A stretch of 64,000 bases of DNA from assembly GCA_963782055.1 (NCBI GenBank), contig CAWAIF010000003.1, positions 2,496,001 through 2,560,000 on the forward strand, in the 5' to 3' direction. The DNA comes from an uncultured delta proteobacterium (GTDB lineage: Bacteria > Myxococcota_A > Polyangia > Polyangiales > Polyangiaceae). Each line of letters opens with the position of its first letter. Positions within the stretch are counted from its first letter, which is position 1. Made by a program: the position numbers and the translations under genes. The notes beneath the pieces are model-generated. The model saw only the letters and a program-made list of their open reading frames with translations. It was not told the DNA's origin and ran no database searches. This document shows, piece after piece, positions 19,629-30,200 of this stretch.

Positions 19629-20237
19629 TCACGCGCTGGGCGCGGCGAGCGCCAGTGCGCGGTCGAGCTCGCGCCGGCGCTGCTCCTCGCGCGCCTGGGC
19701 GCGGCGGTTGCGGTCGAGGTCCCGTAGCACCCAGGCCCCGCACTCGGTCAGCCGGTCGAGCTCGGCCTGATCGCCGAACCCGAGCCGAATGCGCATGCAG
19801 AGCGCCTCGATGTGTCTGCGCGCGCTGGCGCACCGCCGCGCATCGGGCCAGCGCCGCTCACCCGGCGCAAGCGCGCCGTCCAGCGCGAACCCCACGTGCC
19901 CCACGAGCACGAGCCCGTAGTACGCCCGCCGAACACGCCGACGCCCCTCGGGCGTGAGCGCGACGATCACCTCGCGCCCGACGCGCCGCCGGCTGACGAG
20001 CCCGATCGTCTCGAGCGCCCGCATCATCTCGCTGATCGTCGCCCGCGCCACCCCGAGCCCTCGGCGCAGATCACTCTGGTAGTGCGCGCACCCGTTCCCG
20101 AGCCGGTAGAGCGCGTCGAGCACATCGAACCGAGCCGCCGTCAGCCCCATCGCCCCAAGCGCCCGCCGGGTGAGCCGGAGCGTCGCGTAGTACGCCCGCT
20201 TGATCGTGAAGAACACCGGATCCAGTCCCGCCATCAT
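19629..20237 (-). CDS. MarR-family winged-helix regulator
   Basis: GLTAARFDVLDAL...QSDLRRGLGVARATISEMMRALETIGLVSR...VALTPEG. Confidence 0.8.
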   Translation of the reverse strand: MMAGLDPVFFTIKRAYYATLRLTRRALGAMGLTAARFDVLDALYRLGNGCAHYQSDLRRGLGVARATISEMMRALETIGLVSRRRVGREVIVALTPEGRRRVRRAYYGLVLVGHVGFALDGALAPGERRWPDARRCASARRHIEALCMRIRLGFGDQAELDRLTECGAWVLRDLDRNRRAQAREEQRRRELDRALALAAPSA

Positions 20238-20473
20238 CCCCACCCCCCAAGCACCCCCCATGCCACCCCCCCTCCCCACGGATCCCCGCAGAAACGTCGG
20301 AGTGAAAGGACCCTTGCACTTCGACGCTGGGTGTCCGGGGACAGGAAGGGGGACAGGGGGGACAGGGGGGAGGCGAACGGCGAGCCAAGCGAATCGCGTG
20401 GAGTCTTTGCGCAGGAGGGGGCGTCGCGTGCCGCGGGCGGGCGGGAGCCGTCCGCCACGACGGGTTCGGAGGG

Positions 20474-21163
20474 TCAGGCGACCAGGGACTGGTAGGCGGC
20501 GGCGACGATGGCGAAGCGGGCGCCCAGCGCGCGGCGCTCGGCGTCCGACGCGTCGGGGTGCAGGTCGGGGTGGAGCTGGCGGGCGAGGCGGCGGAAGGCG
20601 CGCTTGATCTCGGCGGCGTCGGCGTCGCGCGGGATGCCCAGCACCCGGTGCGCCTCGTGCGCGCTGGGCGAGCCCTCCGAGGGACGCGTCTCGCGCCGGC
20701 GCCGGCGTCCGCGCAGGAACTCCGCCGCCTCGAGCGGCGTGTCCACGAGCGCGCTCCGCGGGGGCCGCAGGGTCACGCGGAAGGAGACGCGCGCGTCGCC
20801 GAGCTGCTCGAGCACGCACAGCCGCGCCACGAGCTGCTTGCGCAGCGCGGCGCCGACGACCTCCGACGAGAGCGCGAAGTCGCGCACGAGCACCTCGCCC
20901 ATCATGCGCCGCGAAGCCATCGCGCGGAGCACCGCGCGGCGAAGCGTGGGCTCGTCCAGGTAGCCCTCGTGGTGAAGCAGCTCGGCGAGCATCGAGGACG
21001 AGCCGTCCAGCTCCACGGCGGTCACCCGCCCGCCGGAGAGAAACACCCGGTGGACCCGCCCGCGGTCCTCGACCAGCTCCAGGGTCCCCGTCGCCTCCGC
21101 CCGGTGCAGGGAGCCGAGCAGATCGCCCAGCGTGGTGGACCGTAGCCGCCCAGGAAGCTGCAT
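20474..21163 (-). CDS. DUF4388-like plus DnaJ-domain protein
   Basis: GRLRSTTLGDLL N-terminus; C-terminal J domain with HPD (IKRAFRRLARQLHPD). Confidence 0.88.
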   Translation of the reverse strand: MQLPGRLRSTTLGDLLGSLHRAEATGTLELVEDRGRVHRVFLSGGRVTAVELDGSSSMLAELLHHEGYLDEPTLRRAVLRAMASRRMMGEVLVRDFALSSEVVGAALRKQLVARLCVLEQLGDARVSFRVTLRPPRSALVDTPLEAAEFLRGRRRRRETRPSEGSPSAHEAHRVLGIPRDADAAEIKRAFRRLARQLHPDLHPDASDAERRALGARFAIVAAAYQSLVA

Positions 21164-21228
21164 CCGTCCTCCGCTACCGGATCAGCCTCTCCCGGGCCAA
21201 CTTCCCCGCGAGCTCCGGCGTCCCCCGC

Positions 21229-21654
21229 TCACTCCCCGACGCGCACCTCGGTCTTCACCTCGACCTCCACCGGGCGGCATGCCTTCCCGCGACACACCAC
21301 CGCGCGCACACGCCCGGTGAGCTCACCTTTGCCGTGCCTTCGCGCCACGACGGCGAACTCCCAGCGCCACCGCTCCGGCCGCGTGTCCACGGCGTCGCTC
21401 GGCGAGAGCCGGCCGCGGAGGGCGACGGTGAAGGGCGGCACCTCCGTCAGCACCACGTCCGCCCACGACAGCGACTCGCCCTCCGCCGGGAGCACCTCGA
21501 CGGAGCAGCGCAGACGCCCCGCGCTGCTCGACGGCGGGCACGTCATGCTGGCCCGCGGCGCGCGCGCGCCCGCGTCGTCGGCCCGGGCCGACGGCTCCGG
21601 AGCCAGCGCCGCGGCTGCGGCGAGCAAGAGGGATCCGACCCACGCCGAACGCAT
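21229..21654 (-). CDS. Secreted hypothetical protein; host gene of the group II intron (3' exon)
   Basis: Signal peptide MRSAWVGSLLLAAAAALA; VCRGKACRP. The ATG is formed by the intron-terminal AT plus exon G. Confidence 0.75.
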   Translation of the reverse strand: MRSAWVGSLLLAAAAALAPEPSARADDAGARAPRASMTCPPSSSAGRLRCSVEVLPAEGESLSWADVVLTEVPPFTVALRGRLSPSDAVDTRPERWRWEFAVVARRHGKGELTGRVRAVVCRGKACRPVEVEVKTEVRVGE

Positions 21655-22301
21655 TGGTAGATCCTTACACCTTGGCCGCCCTACGGCGGCGGTTGGAGTC
21701 AAGACCCCCTCTCAAACCGTGCGTGCGGATTTCCCGCACACGGCTTACCGGTGGTCTCTCGTGACGCGGCATTACGCGGCCTCCGGGTAGCGGATGGTCC
21801 CGCGCAGGCGGTGGAGCCCGAAGCCTTCGACGAAGTAGTCGCGGGTCCAGCGCTCGGCTTGTCCGGCCTTGAGCTTCGAGCCGGCCCGTTTCAGGCGCAG
21901 CGCTCGAAGCCGTTCGTACACGTACTCGTCGAGTCGGTTGAACTTCACGTCGGCGTTCCCGGTGCGAAAGTACTCGCCCCAGCCACGCAGCACGGGGTTG
22001 AGCTGCGCGACGACGTCGCGCAGGTCCGCGTGGCAGCGTGATCGCGGGGTGAGGTCCCTCACGCGCTGCCGGATCCGCTTCATCGCGCGAGCCGATGGCC
22101 AGCGCTGGAGGAAGTACACGCGTTTGCGCGACCTCTCCCAGATGGACCCGCTCAAGCGTTTCCGCAGGTGGCAGCCGAGGAAGTCGAACCCCTTCTTACC
22201 CCAGGAGAGGTCCAGCTTCCTCGTCTTGTCCGGGTGCAGCTCGAGCCCGAGTCGCGTCATCACGTGCTTCACGCGAAGCTCGGCCTCGTCGACGTCACGC
22301 T
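21653..22301 (-). mobile_element. Group II intron, 3' half (IEP RT6/7-maturase, domains V and VI)
   Basis: LGLELHPDKT, FDFLG, LNPVLRGWGEYF. Domain V AAGCCGTGTGCGGGAAATCCGCACGCACGGTTT; domain VI ends CTACCAAT at 21653. Confidence 0.92.
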
Positions 22302-22370
22302 TGATGGTTCCGGAAAATCTGAGGGCACCCATTCCGGAAAATCTGAGGGCTCCCGGAAGAGAGGCACCTC

Positions 22371-23927
22371 ATGATGGAATCCCCGGTGATGGCTCACAGG
22401 CGGGTGCATGCGGAGGAGATGCTGCCTCTGCTCAAGCGCCACGAAATCCAGGTCTTGCTTCACGCGGGGCACACCCGCAAGGACGTTGCCGAGCGCACGG
22501 GTACGTCGGTCGCGACTGTTGACCGCGTCAGGCGCGAGGAGGAGGTGGCGGTCGTCGATGACGCCGCGGCGCGTGTGGGTCGTGGCATCGGCCGGCCGTC
22601 GAAAGCCACGCCCTTCGCCGAGCGCGTTCGCACGTGGCTCGCCGAGGAGCCCGAGCTTCCGACCCAGGAGCTGCTGCGTCGCGCGACGCAGGCGGGGTAC
22701 GCGGGACACAAGTCGGCCTTCTACGCCCTGGTCGCCGGCGTCCGCCCACCCCGCGCCGCCCCCGTCGTGCGCTTCGAGGGCCTGCCCGGCGAGTTCTCGC
22801 AGCACGACTTCGGCCACGTCGACGTCACGTTCGTCGGCGGCCGCAAGAAGCGGTTCCACTTCTTCGCCTCGCGCCTGAAGTACTCGCGCTTCGTCGCCGT
22901 CTCCCTCGTCGACAACGAGCGCGTCGAGACGGTTGTGCGCTGCCTGGCGCGCCACTTCGTCGCCTTCGGCGGGTTGCCCCTGATGGCCGTCTTCGACCGC
23001 CCCAGGACCATCGTGAAGAAGTCCGGCAAGGGGCGCGACGTCGAGGAGTTCAACGCCACCTTCGCGCAGGCCATCGTGGACATCGGCGTCGGCGTGGAGA
23101 TGTGCGCGCCGCGCAGCGGCAACCAGAAGGGCTCGGTCGAGCGGCTCGTCGGCTGGGTGAAGAGCTCCTTCTTCAAGCACCGCAAGTTCCAGGACGAAGC
23201 CAATCTCGAGGCGCAGCTCGCCGCGTGGCAGGTCGAGATCAACACCAGGACGCCTTCGCGCGCCACCGGCGAGATTCCGGAAACACGGCGCCAGGAGGAG
23301 CTCGCGCGCCTGCGCCCCGTCAAGGTCTTTCCGGAAAAGCTCGCCCTGCGCGTCCCCGTCTTCGTGGGCCCCACCGCCGAGGTGATGTTCGAGGGCGTGC
23401 CGTACTCGATGCCGCCGCAGGCGACGCATGTCGCCGGCACCCTCTTCCTCTACGAGGAGCGCCTGCACATCGTCGCCGGCCGCTTCGAGGCGTGGCACCG
23501 CCGAAGGCGCAAGGGCGAGCCACCCGCGCCGCTGCCAGAGCATCGCGCCGCCAAGATCGCCGCCGTCCACGGCAAGCGCGCCAAGCTCTACGAGAAGCGC
23601 CAGCAGCTGCTCAACCTCGGCTCCGATGCCCTCGCGCTGCTCACCGAGATCACCCACCGCGAGCCGAAGCTCGCCAGCCGTCGCGTCGAGGACCTCTACG
23701 CGCTGCTCGAGCAGTACGGTGACGACGTCTTGCGCGACGCGATGGGGCGCGCGGTCCGCTCCGGCACCTTGTCCGTCGCCGGCGTCAAGCACGCTCTGCA
23801 GGCGTTGAGCGCCCGGAGGCGCGGAGGCGCACGCCTCCGTGCCGCAGTGGCGCAACCGCGCGGGCGACAGCCTCACCAGCTCGGCTTGCCCTTGGGCCGC
23901 GCGGGCTCGAAGGGAGGTGCCTCGTGA
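22371..23927 (+). CDS. istA: IS21 transposase IstA
   Basis: Same protein as 8885-10441 except one residue. Confidence 0.95.
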   Translation: MMESPVMAHRRVHAEEMLPLLKRHEIQVLLHAGHTRKDVAERTGTSVATVDRVRREEEVAVVDDAAARVGRGIGRPSKATPFAERVRTWLAEEPELPTQELLRRATQAGYAGHKSAFYALVAGVRPPRAAPVVRFEGLPGEFSQHDFGHVDVTFVGGRKKRFHFFASRLKYSRFVAVSLVDNERVETVVRCLARHFVAFGGLPLMAVFDRPRTIVKKSGKGRDVEEFNATFAQAIVDIGVGVEMCAPRSGNQKGSVERLVGWVKSSFFKHRKFQDEANLEAQLAAWQVEINTRTPSRATGEIPETRRQEELARLRPVKVFPEKLALRVPVFVGPTAEVMFEGVPYSMPPQATHVAGTLFLYEERLHIVAGRFEAWHRRRRKGEPPAPLPEHRAAKIAAVHGKRAKLYEKRQQLLNLGSDALALLTEITHREPKLASRRVEDLYALLEQYGDDVLRDAMGRAVRSGTLSVAGVKHALQALSARRRGGARLRAAVAQPRGRQPHQLGLPLGRAGSKGGAS

Positions 23928-24736
23928 GCTCCGACCTCGACCCGCTGCTCAAGCGCCTGCACCTCGCCAACGCGCGCCGCACCTGGCGCGACCTCGTCCA
24001 GCGCGCCGAGAAGGAAGACTGGTCGTACGACGCGCTGCTCCTCACGCTCTTCTCGGAGGAGGTCGCGCATCGCCGCGGCACGCGGCTCGCTCGCGCCGTC
24101 CGCGCCGCCGGCTTTCCCTTCCTGCGCACCATCGAGGAGTTCGACTTCACCTACCAGTCGAGCCTGCGCCTCACGACCATCGGCTCGCTGCTCACCCCGG
24201 ACTTCGTCACCGAAGGTCATTCGGTCATCCTCGAGGGCAAGCCTGGCCGCGGCAAGACGCACCTCGCCGTCGCCATCGCGTACCGCGCGATGCAGAACGG
24301 CTTCGATGCGCTCTTCACGACCGCGGCGGAGCTCATCGACGACCTGTCCGCCGCCAGTCGTGACGGCACCATGCGCGACACGCTCGGGCGCTACGTCAAG
24401 CCTCACGTCCTGGTGGTCGACGAGGTCGGTTACCTTGGCTACGGCGACGATGCCGCCAACGTGCTCTACCACGTCGTCAACGACCGACACATCCGCCGCC
24501 GCGCCATGGTCTTCACCACCAACAAGCACCCGAAGCGCTGGGGGGCCGTCCTGCACGACGATGACCTCGCCGAGGCCATCGTCGATCGAATCCTCGAGCA
24601 CGGTCGGCTGCTACGTCTCGACGGGCCATCGCTCAGGACGAAGCACCTTCCCGAGGACGAACTCCGGCTCGATGACCGAGACACAGGGGCTGTCAGATTT
24701 TCTGGAAAACAGTCCTCAGAATTTCCGGAACGCACA
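23924..24736 (+). CDS. istB: IS21 helper ATPase IstB (reads through the element end to 25363)
   Basis: Walker A/B as in copy 1. Confidence 0.95.
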
Positions 24737-25535
24737 ACAGACCTACCTCATCGCGTTCATCGACGACGCCACACGGATCGTACCTCACGCGGCCTTCACG
24801 TTCTCCGAGGGGACGATCAGCTACCTCTCGGTGCTCGAGCAGGCCGTGCGTCGCCGCGGCATCCCCAAGCGACTCTACGTCGACAACGGCTCGGCGTTCC
24901 GCTCCAAGCAGCTCGCGATCGTGTGCGCGAAGCTCGGCATCGCGCTCATCCACGCCAAGCCGTACAAGCCCCAGGGCAAGGGGAAGATGGAGCGATGGTT
25001 CCGTACCACGCGCATGCAGCTCTTGCCGCTGCTCCACTCCGCGCAGCTCGTCTCCCTCGACGCGATGAATCGCGCGCTCGCCGCGTGGGTCGAGGGCGAG
25101 TACCACCACGCGCCGCACCGCGGCCTCGGCGACGAGACCCCCGCCGACAAGTGGGCCCGCACCAGCGACGGCGTCCGAATGCCCGCCGCCGACCTCGGCG
25201 ACCACTTCCTCGCCGAGCAGAAGAGGAGGGTGCAGAAGGACCGCACCGTCACCCTCGACGGCGTTGCCTTCGAGGTCGACGCCGCGCTCGTCGGCGAGCG
25301 CGTCACGCTCCGCTTCGACCCGGCGCGCAAGCCCGACAAGCGCAACGTCGAGGTCTGGCATGAGGGCCGCCGCATCGAGATCGCTCGCCGCGTCGATGTC
25401 CTCGCCAACTGCTTCGTCAAGCGCAACTCCGCCACCAGAAGCCTGGAGATCCCCACCGGAGCTGGCGTCGAGCTCCACGAGGGCCTGGCCATGCGCGAGC
25501 TCGTCGACGACGACGCCGACAAGGAGCTGTTCTGA
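24737..25535 (+). pseudogene. DDE transposase 3' half with Mu-transposase C-terminal domain
   Basis: IAFIDDATR, LYVDNGSAF, PQGKGKMERWF, RRVQKDRTVTLDG. Confidence 0.9.
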
Positions 25536-26332
25536 TGTACCGCAAGCACTTCGCGCTCACGCGCCACCCCTTCGACAAAGACCTCGCGGCCGACGACCTC
25601 TTCGAGTCCGCCTCGCTCGCCGAGCTCGGCGCGCGTCTGCGCCATCTCGTCGACATGCGCGGCATCGGCCTCGTCACCGGCGACAGCGGCTCCGGCAAGA
25701 CGACGACGTGCCGCCACCTGGTCGCCGGCCTGCACACCGGCCTCTACCGCGTGCTCTACGTCTCGATGACCACGGGCAACGTCATGGACCTCTACAAGTC
25801 CATCGCCTGGGAGCTCGGCCTGCCGACCGAGCGCAATCGCGCTGCGCTCTTCCGGCAGATACGCGGCGAGGTCTCGCGCCTCTGCGCCGAAAACCGCCTG
25901 CGCCCCGTGCTCATCGTCGACGAGGCCCACCACCTGCGCACCGAGCTGCTCGAGGACCTGCGCCTGCTCACCAACTACGCCATGGACTCCGAGAACCGCC
26001 TCACCGTCGTGCTCGTCGGCCATCCCGAGCTGCGCCGCCGCATGAGCATGGCAGCCCTCGACGCCCTCGCGCAGCGCGTCGTCGTGCGCGCCCACGTCCG
26101 CGGCCTCACGCGCGAGGAGATGGGCCCCTACCTCGCCCATCGCCTCCATCTCGCCGGCACCGACGTCCCGCTCTTCGAGCCGCCGACCGTCGAGGCGATC
26201 TACCAGGCGTCGAGCGGCTTGCCGCGCAAGGCCAACGGCCTCGCCCATCACGCACTCTTCGCCGCCGCCATCGCCAAGGCGAAGTCCGTCACCACCGAGC
26301 ATGTCCAGGCGGCGATGCAGGAGGTCGCGTAG
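25535..26332 (+). CDS. ExeA/TniB-like AAA ATPase of the transposon
   Basis: MYRKHFALTRHPF, GDSGSGKT, LIVDEAHHL, LVGHPEL, SGLPRKAN. Confidence 0.92.
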   Translation: MYRKHFALTRHPFDKDLAADDLFESASLAELGARLRHLVDMRGIGLVTGDSGSGKTTTCRHLVAGLHTGLYRVLYVSMTTGNVMDLYKSIAWELGLPTERNRAALFRQIRGEVSRLCAENRLRPVLIVDEAHHLRTELLEDLRLLTNYAMDSENRLTVVLVGHPELRRRMSMAALDALAQRVVVRAHVRGLTREEMGPYLAHRLHLAGTDVPLFEPPTVEAIYQASSGLPRKANGLAHHALFAAAIAKAKSVTTEHVQAAMQEVA

Positions 26333-26513
26333 AGCCACCCGCACCGGTCACCGACGACGTCGGGGGGCTCGCGCTCGTACCGCGGTGCCCCGGCGTCTCG
26401 CTCTTGTCCCACGGCTCCCACCGCGGGAAGCGATCACGCAGACCGAGAGCGCAGCCCGGTGGCGTCACGACGGAGCGTGGGGCGCTGGCGGTGGAAGAGC
26501 GTGGGAGACAACA

Positions 26514-27046
26514 GCGAGTCGGCACCCTGGCCACCAAGCTCGTCGCCGAGGCCTGCCGCCGTCACGGCATCGCGCCCAGGCAGCTCACGCTGCACGCGGA
26601 CCCGGGCGCCGCGATGCGGAGCAAGCCGCTTGTCGCCTTGCTCGCGCAGCTCGACGTCGAGCGCACGCACTCGCGCCCCCACGTCTCCAACGACAACCCC
26701 TTCATCGAATCGCACTTCAAGACGCTCAAGTACGACCATCACCACAGCGCCCTGGCGTGGATGACGCACGGGCGCGCCCAGGCGCTGCTCGACCGCCGCG
26801 CGCACGTCCTCGCGGACGCCCGCGCCGCGCATCCCGAGCGCTTCCCGCACGGGCCGCCCGCGGCTCCGACGCTGCCCGGCGCCGTGTGGATCAACCCGCC
26901 CAAGGCGGACCGCGTGGCCGCCCCCGAGCCCGAGCTCGGAACCACGCTCATCCTGCCCACGCGACCTGCGCCCATCCCCACTTCGACACTCGTCTCCCTA
27001 CGCTAGACTCCGCGACAGGCTGTCTCACACTCGTTGACAATTTCCG
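26514..27046 (+). pseudogene. IS3 orfB 3' part (degenerate) and right end
   Basis: LTLHADPG, SRPHVSNDNPFIESHFKTLKY, HPERF...VWINPP. Has a frameshift at about 26520 and internal deletions; IR at 27018-27046. Confidence 0.85.
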
Positions 27047-27236
27047 GATGTGGACACCGTCCGGCCCGGACCGGGACGTCGACGATGGCCGTCCCTTCGT
27101 CGAGGCGAACGGTCCTACTCCCGAGGGAGTATGGACAGGCCGGGCAGAGCATGGTGCAATCGGAGTGCGGATGTTGCTGGTAGCCTGACTTCCGTCTGTG
27201 GCCTGAGCCCTGACAACCAAGGAACGGGGAATCGTG

Positions 27237-30200
27237 ATGTCGCCTCGCCTCGCCTCGCCTCGCCTCGCCTCGCCTCGCCTCGCCTCGCCTCGCCTCGCCT
27301 CGCCTCGCCTCGCCTCGCCTCGCCTTCGTCGTGGTGTTGGTGTCGGTGTCACTGCTGACGTGGGGTGCCTCATGTTCGCCACCTCCGCCGGCGCCCTCGC
27401 CGGCATCTAGCACGGTGCTCTTCGCGGAGAAGAGCATGGCGATCGGGGCTTCCAGTACCGTCGCGGGTGACGTCACCGTCAGGCAGATCGAGCCGCTTCC
27501 GGCGCTCGCGACCCTCGTGTCGGTGGATGGGGGCGCGCCACCTCCGTCGTCCGTCCCGCAGCTCCTCATCGGAGCGTACTCGCACGTCGCCACGGATGCG
27601 GCCTGCAATACAACCGGGACCGTCTCGTCGAACTCAATGGAGCTCGGCGCCGGTGCGTGCGCGGGGGACGTCCGCACCAATCAACTCAGAAATCCGAGCG
27701 GCACGGTCGGCTCGCATGCGCCCTTTCCAACCAAGCCGCTCGACCCTCTCCCGTTCGCCGGCATGCCGACGGGCGGAGCACCGGTCACGGTGGTCGCCTC
27801 GTCATCGGCGTCGCTCACCCCGGGTGCTTACGGGGATTCGACGGTCGGCCAGGGTGGCACGCTGACGCTGGCTGCCGGGAGCTACTCCTTCGGTGCCATG
27901 CACCTCGCCGGGTGGGCGACGCTGACCACGTCGGCGAGCGGTGTCTCCATCGTGGCATCGAGCCTGACGGTTGGGCAGGTCGCGACCGTGACGCCGCAGA
28001 GCGGGCTTCACGCCGGCGCTCTCCAGATCCAGCTTGCCGGCGCGGCGACCTTCGCGAAAGGGGCCTCGGTCAAGGCGCTCGTCGCCGCGCCGCACGGCGA
28101 CATGACCTTCGGTGCCGGCGTGACGGCGGCCGGAGCGTTCGCCGCGTTCACCATCGAGACGAAGGACCACGTGAGCGTAACGCTCGACAGCGGCTTTCCG
28201 CCTCCCGCGCACGGCACACAACAGCTCTCCGGGTACTACGGCCAGCAGCTCAACGGCGCCTTCGGCGCGGTCTCCCCCGTGGAGCGGGACAAGGTCTTCG
28301 CGCTCTCCATCGGCCTGCCCATTCCCAACCTGGCGGCGCTCCACGCCTTCATCGACGACGTCTCGAACCCCCACAGCCCGAACTACCGGCATTTCATCAC
28401 GCCGGCGGCCTTCAAGACATCGTTCGGCGCGAGCGACGCCGACTACCACGCGCTCGAGCGATGGGCCGTCGCGCACGGCCTGACCATCGAGCGGACCTAC
28501 TCGAACAACCTCCTCTTGACCGTGACCGGCACGGCCGCCGTGATCGAGCGGGCGCTCTACGTGAACCTGATGTACCGGAAGGGAGGGCCGTTTGCGCCAG
28601 GCTTCCTCGCGGTGGACCGCGAGCCGTCCCTCAACCTTGGGCCGGCGGTTCTCTGGATCACCGGCTTCACCGACTCGCGCGTTCCGCAAGCGGGCCTCTG
28701 CAACCCCGTGAATCCGGTGCCCGGCGGCGTGTCGGGTGGTCTGGGGTTCCTCTTTTCCGCGAGCGACGTACGTCAAGCGTACCTGGGCAACGGAGCCTGT
28801 CAGCCGCTCACCGGTGTGGGTCAGACCATCGGCATCCTTCAGCTCGAGCCGACTAACCTGGGCGACCGGGCCGCCTTTATCGCGTCACAACCGGCGGGGA
28901 GCGCCATCAACTTCACCGGAAACGTCTCCTTCGTCACGAACGGCAGCGCGGGCGAGCTCAGCTCCCCGAGTGGTGAAGCGGCGCTTGATCTGGAAGCGGT
29001 GTCGGCCATGGCGCCCGCCGCGAACGTCAAGATCTTCCAGACGCCCGTTGGCATCACCAGCCACGCCGACGACGCGTATCACGAGATGGCGACGGACGGG
29101 ACGCTGACGGTCGGGACGAGCTCATGGAACTTCGGCAGAAGCGACAACTCGCAGCAAGCCTTGACCCAGATGGCAGCGGAGGGGATCAGCTTCTTCAACT
29201 CGTCGGGCGATTACGGCGACGTCGGCGATCCGCAGTCGAATCAGGACATGGACGACCAGACGCTCGTGGGCGGCACGTCGATCAGCGGCAGCGGAGTGAG
29301 GACGCTCTTCAACCCCGCCACGAACAAGCTCTTCCTCAGCTACACGCTGCCGTACTGGGCGGGCGAGACCACATGGAATGGCGGGTGTGCCGGCACCGTG
29401 GACAATGTGGCGACCTTGCTCGACGCGACCAACATCCAGAAGGACATCACCGGCGGCGGGGTGATGAATGGGCAGGCCTTCTCCACGTTGGGGCCGCCCG
29501 CGTGCTACTGCTTCCCATCCCCGTCCTGCTGCGGCAGCGGCGTGCCGCTCCCAGGCTACCAGAAGGGCGTCAAGATGAGTCCGGTGGTGCGCGTCCCGGG
29601 CGGGCTTGCGTCCCCTGCCGGCGGCAACGGAGGCTCGACCTCCTTTCGCGACTTTCCCGACGTGGCCGCCGCCGCGGCCAGTTTCCAGACCGTCTTCACG
29701 CAGCCCCAGTGCGCGACGTTGCCGGCGTGTCCGCCTGGCGTCTTTTCCCCGCGCAGTTGCTGCCCGATCATCAACGGCGCTTCCGTGTGCTGTATCGTCG
29801 CGCAGAGCGGCACGAGCCTCTCCGCGCCGCTATGGGCCGGCTTTGCGGCGCTGGTCAACGAGCAGTCCAAGGCCAACGGCAACCCCAACAAGAGTGGCTT
29901 CCTCAACGACACGATCTACCCCATCGGTCTCACCCGGGGCCTGCCCGGCGCCGGCGACCTCTACACACCGGCGTTCCACGACATCGCCGACGGCGTGTTC
30001 AACCAGGATCCCCAGCCCAACACGCTCGGCCTCGGCTTCCCCGCCGTCGGGGGCTACGATCTCGCGACCGGGTGGGGTTCGCCGTCCTGCGCGCTCCTGC
30101 GGCTGCTGAGCAGCGCCAGTCCGCTCACGCCGCAGGCGTTCTCGCAGGTCTACGCGCACATCGAGAGCGGCCCGGACGGCCTGAACGATGCGACCAGCGT

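Larger units (their letters stand above)
22302..24736 (+). mobile_element. IS21-family insertion sequence, copy 2 (2435 bp)
   Basis: Inverted copy of 8076-10510; one noticed difference (23202 vs 9610, D to N in IstA). Confidence 0.97.
24737..26513 (+). mobile_element. Three-gene Mu/rve-integrase plus ExeA transposon, right part
   Basis: Transposase 3' half, ATPase, and end CAACA followed by the GCGAG duplication. Confidence 0.88.

Noticed and set aside
27241..27325. Repeat arrays here and at 37754-37950 as CRISPR
   Set aside because: Head-to-tail microsatellites with no unique spacers and no cas genes in the window.
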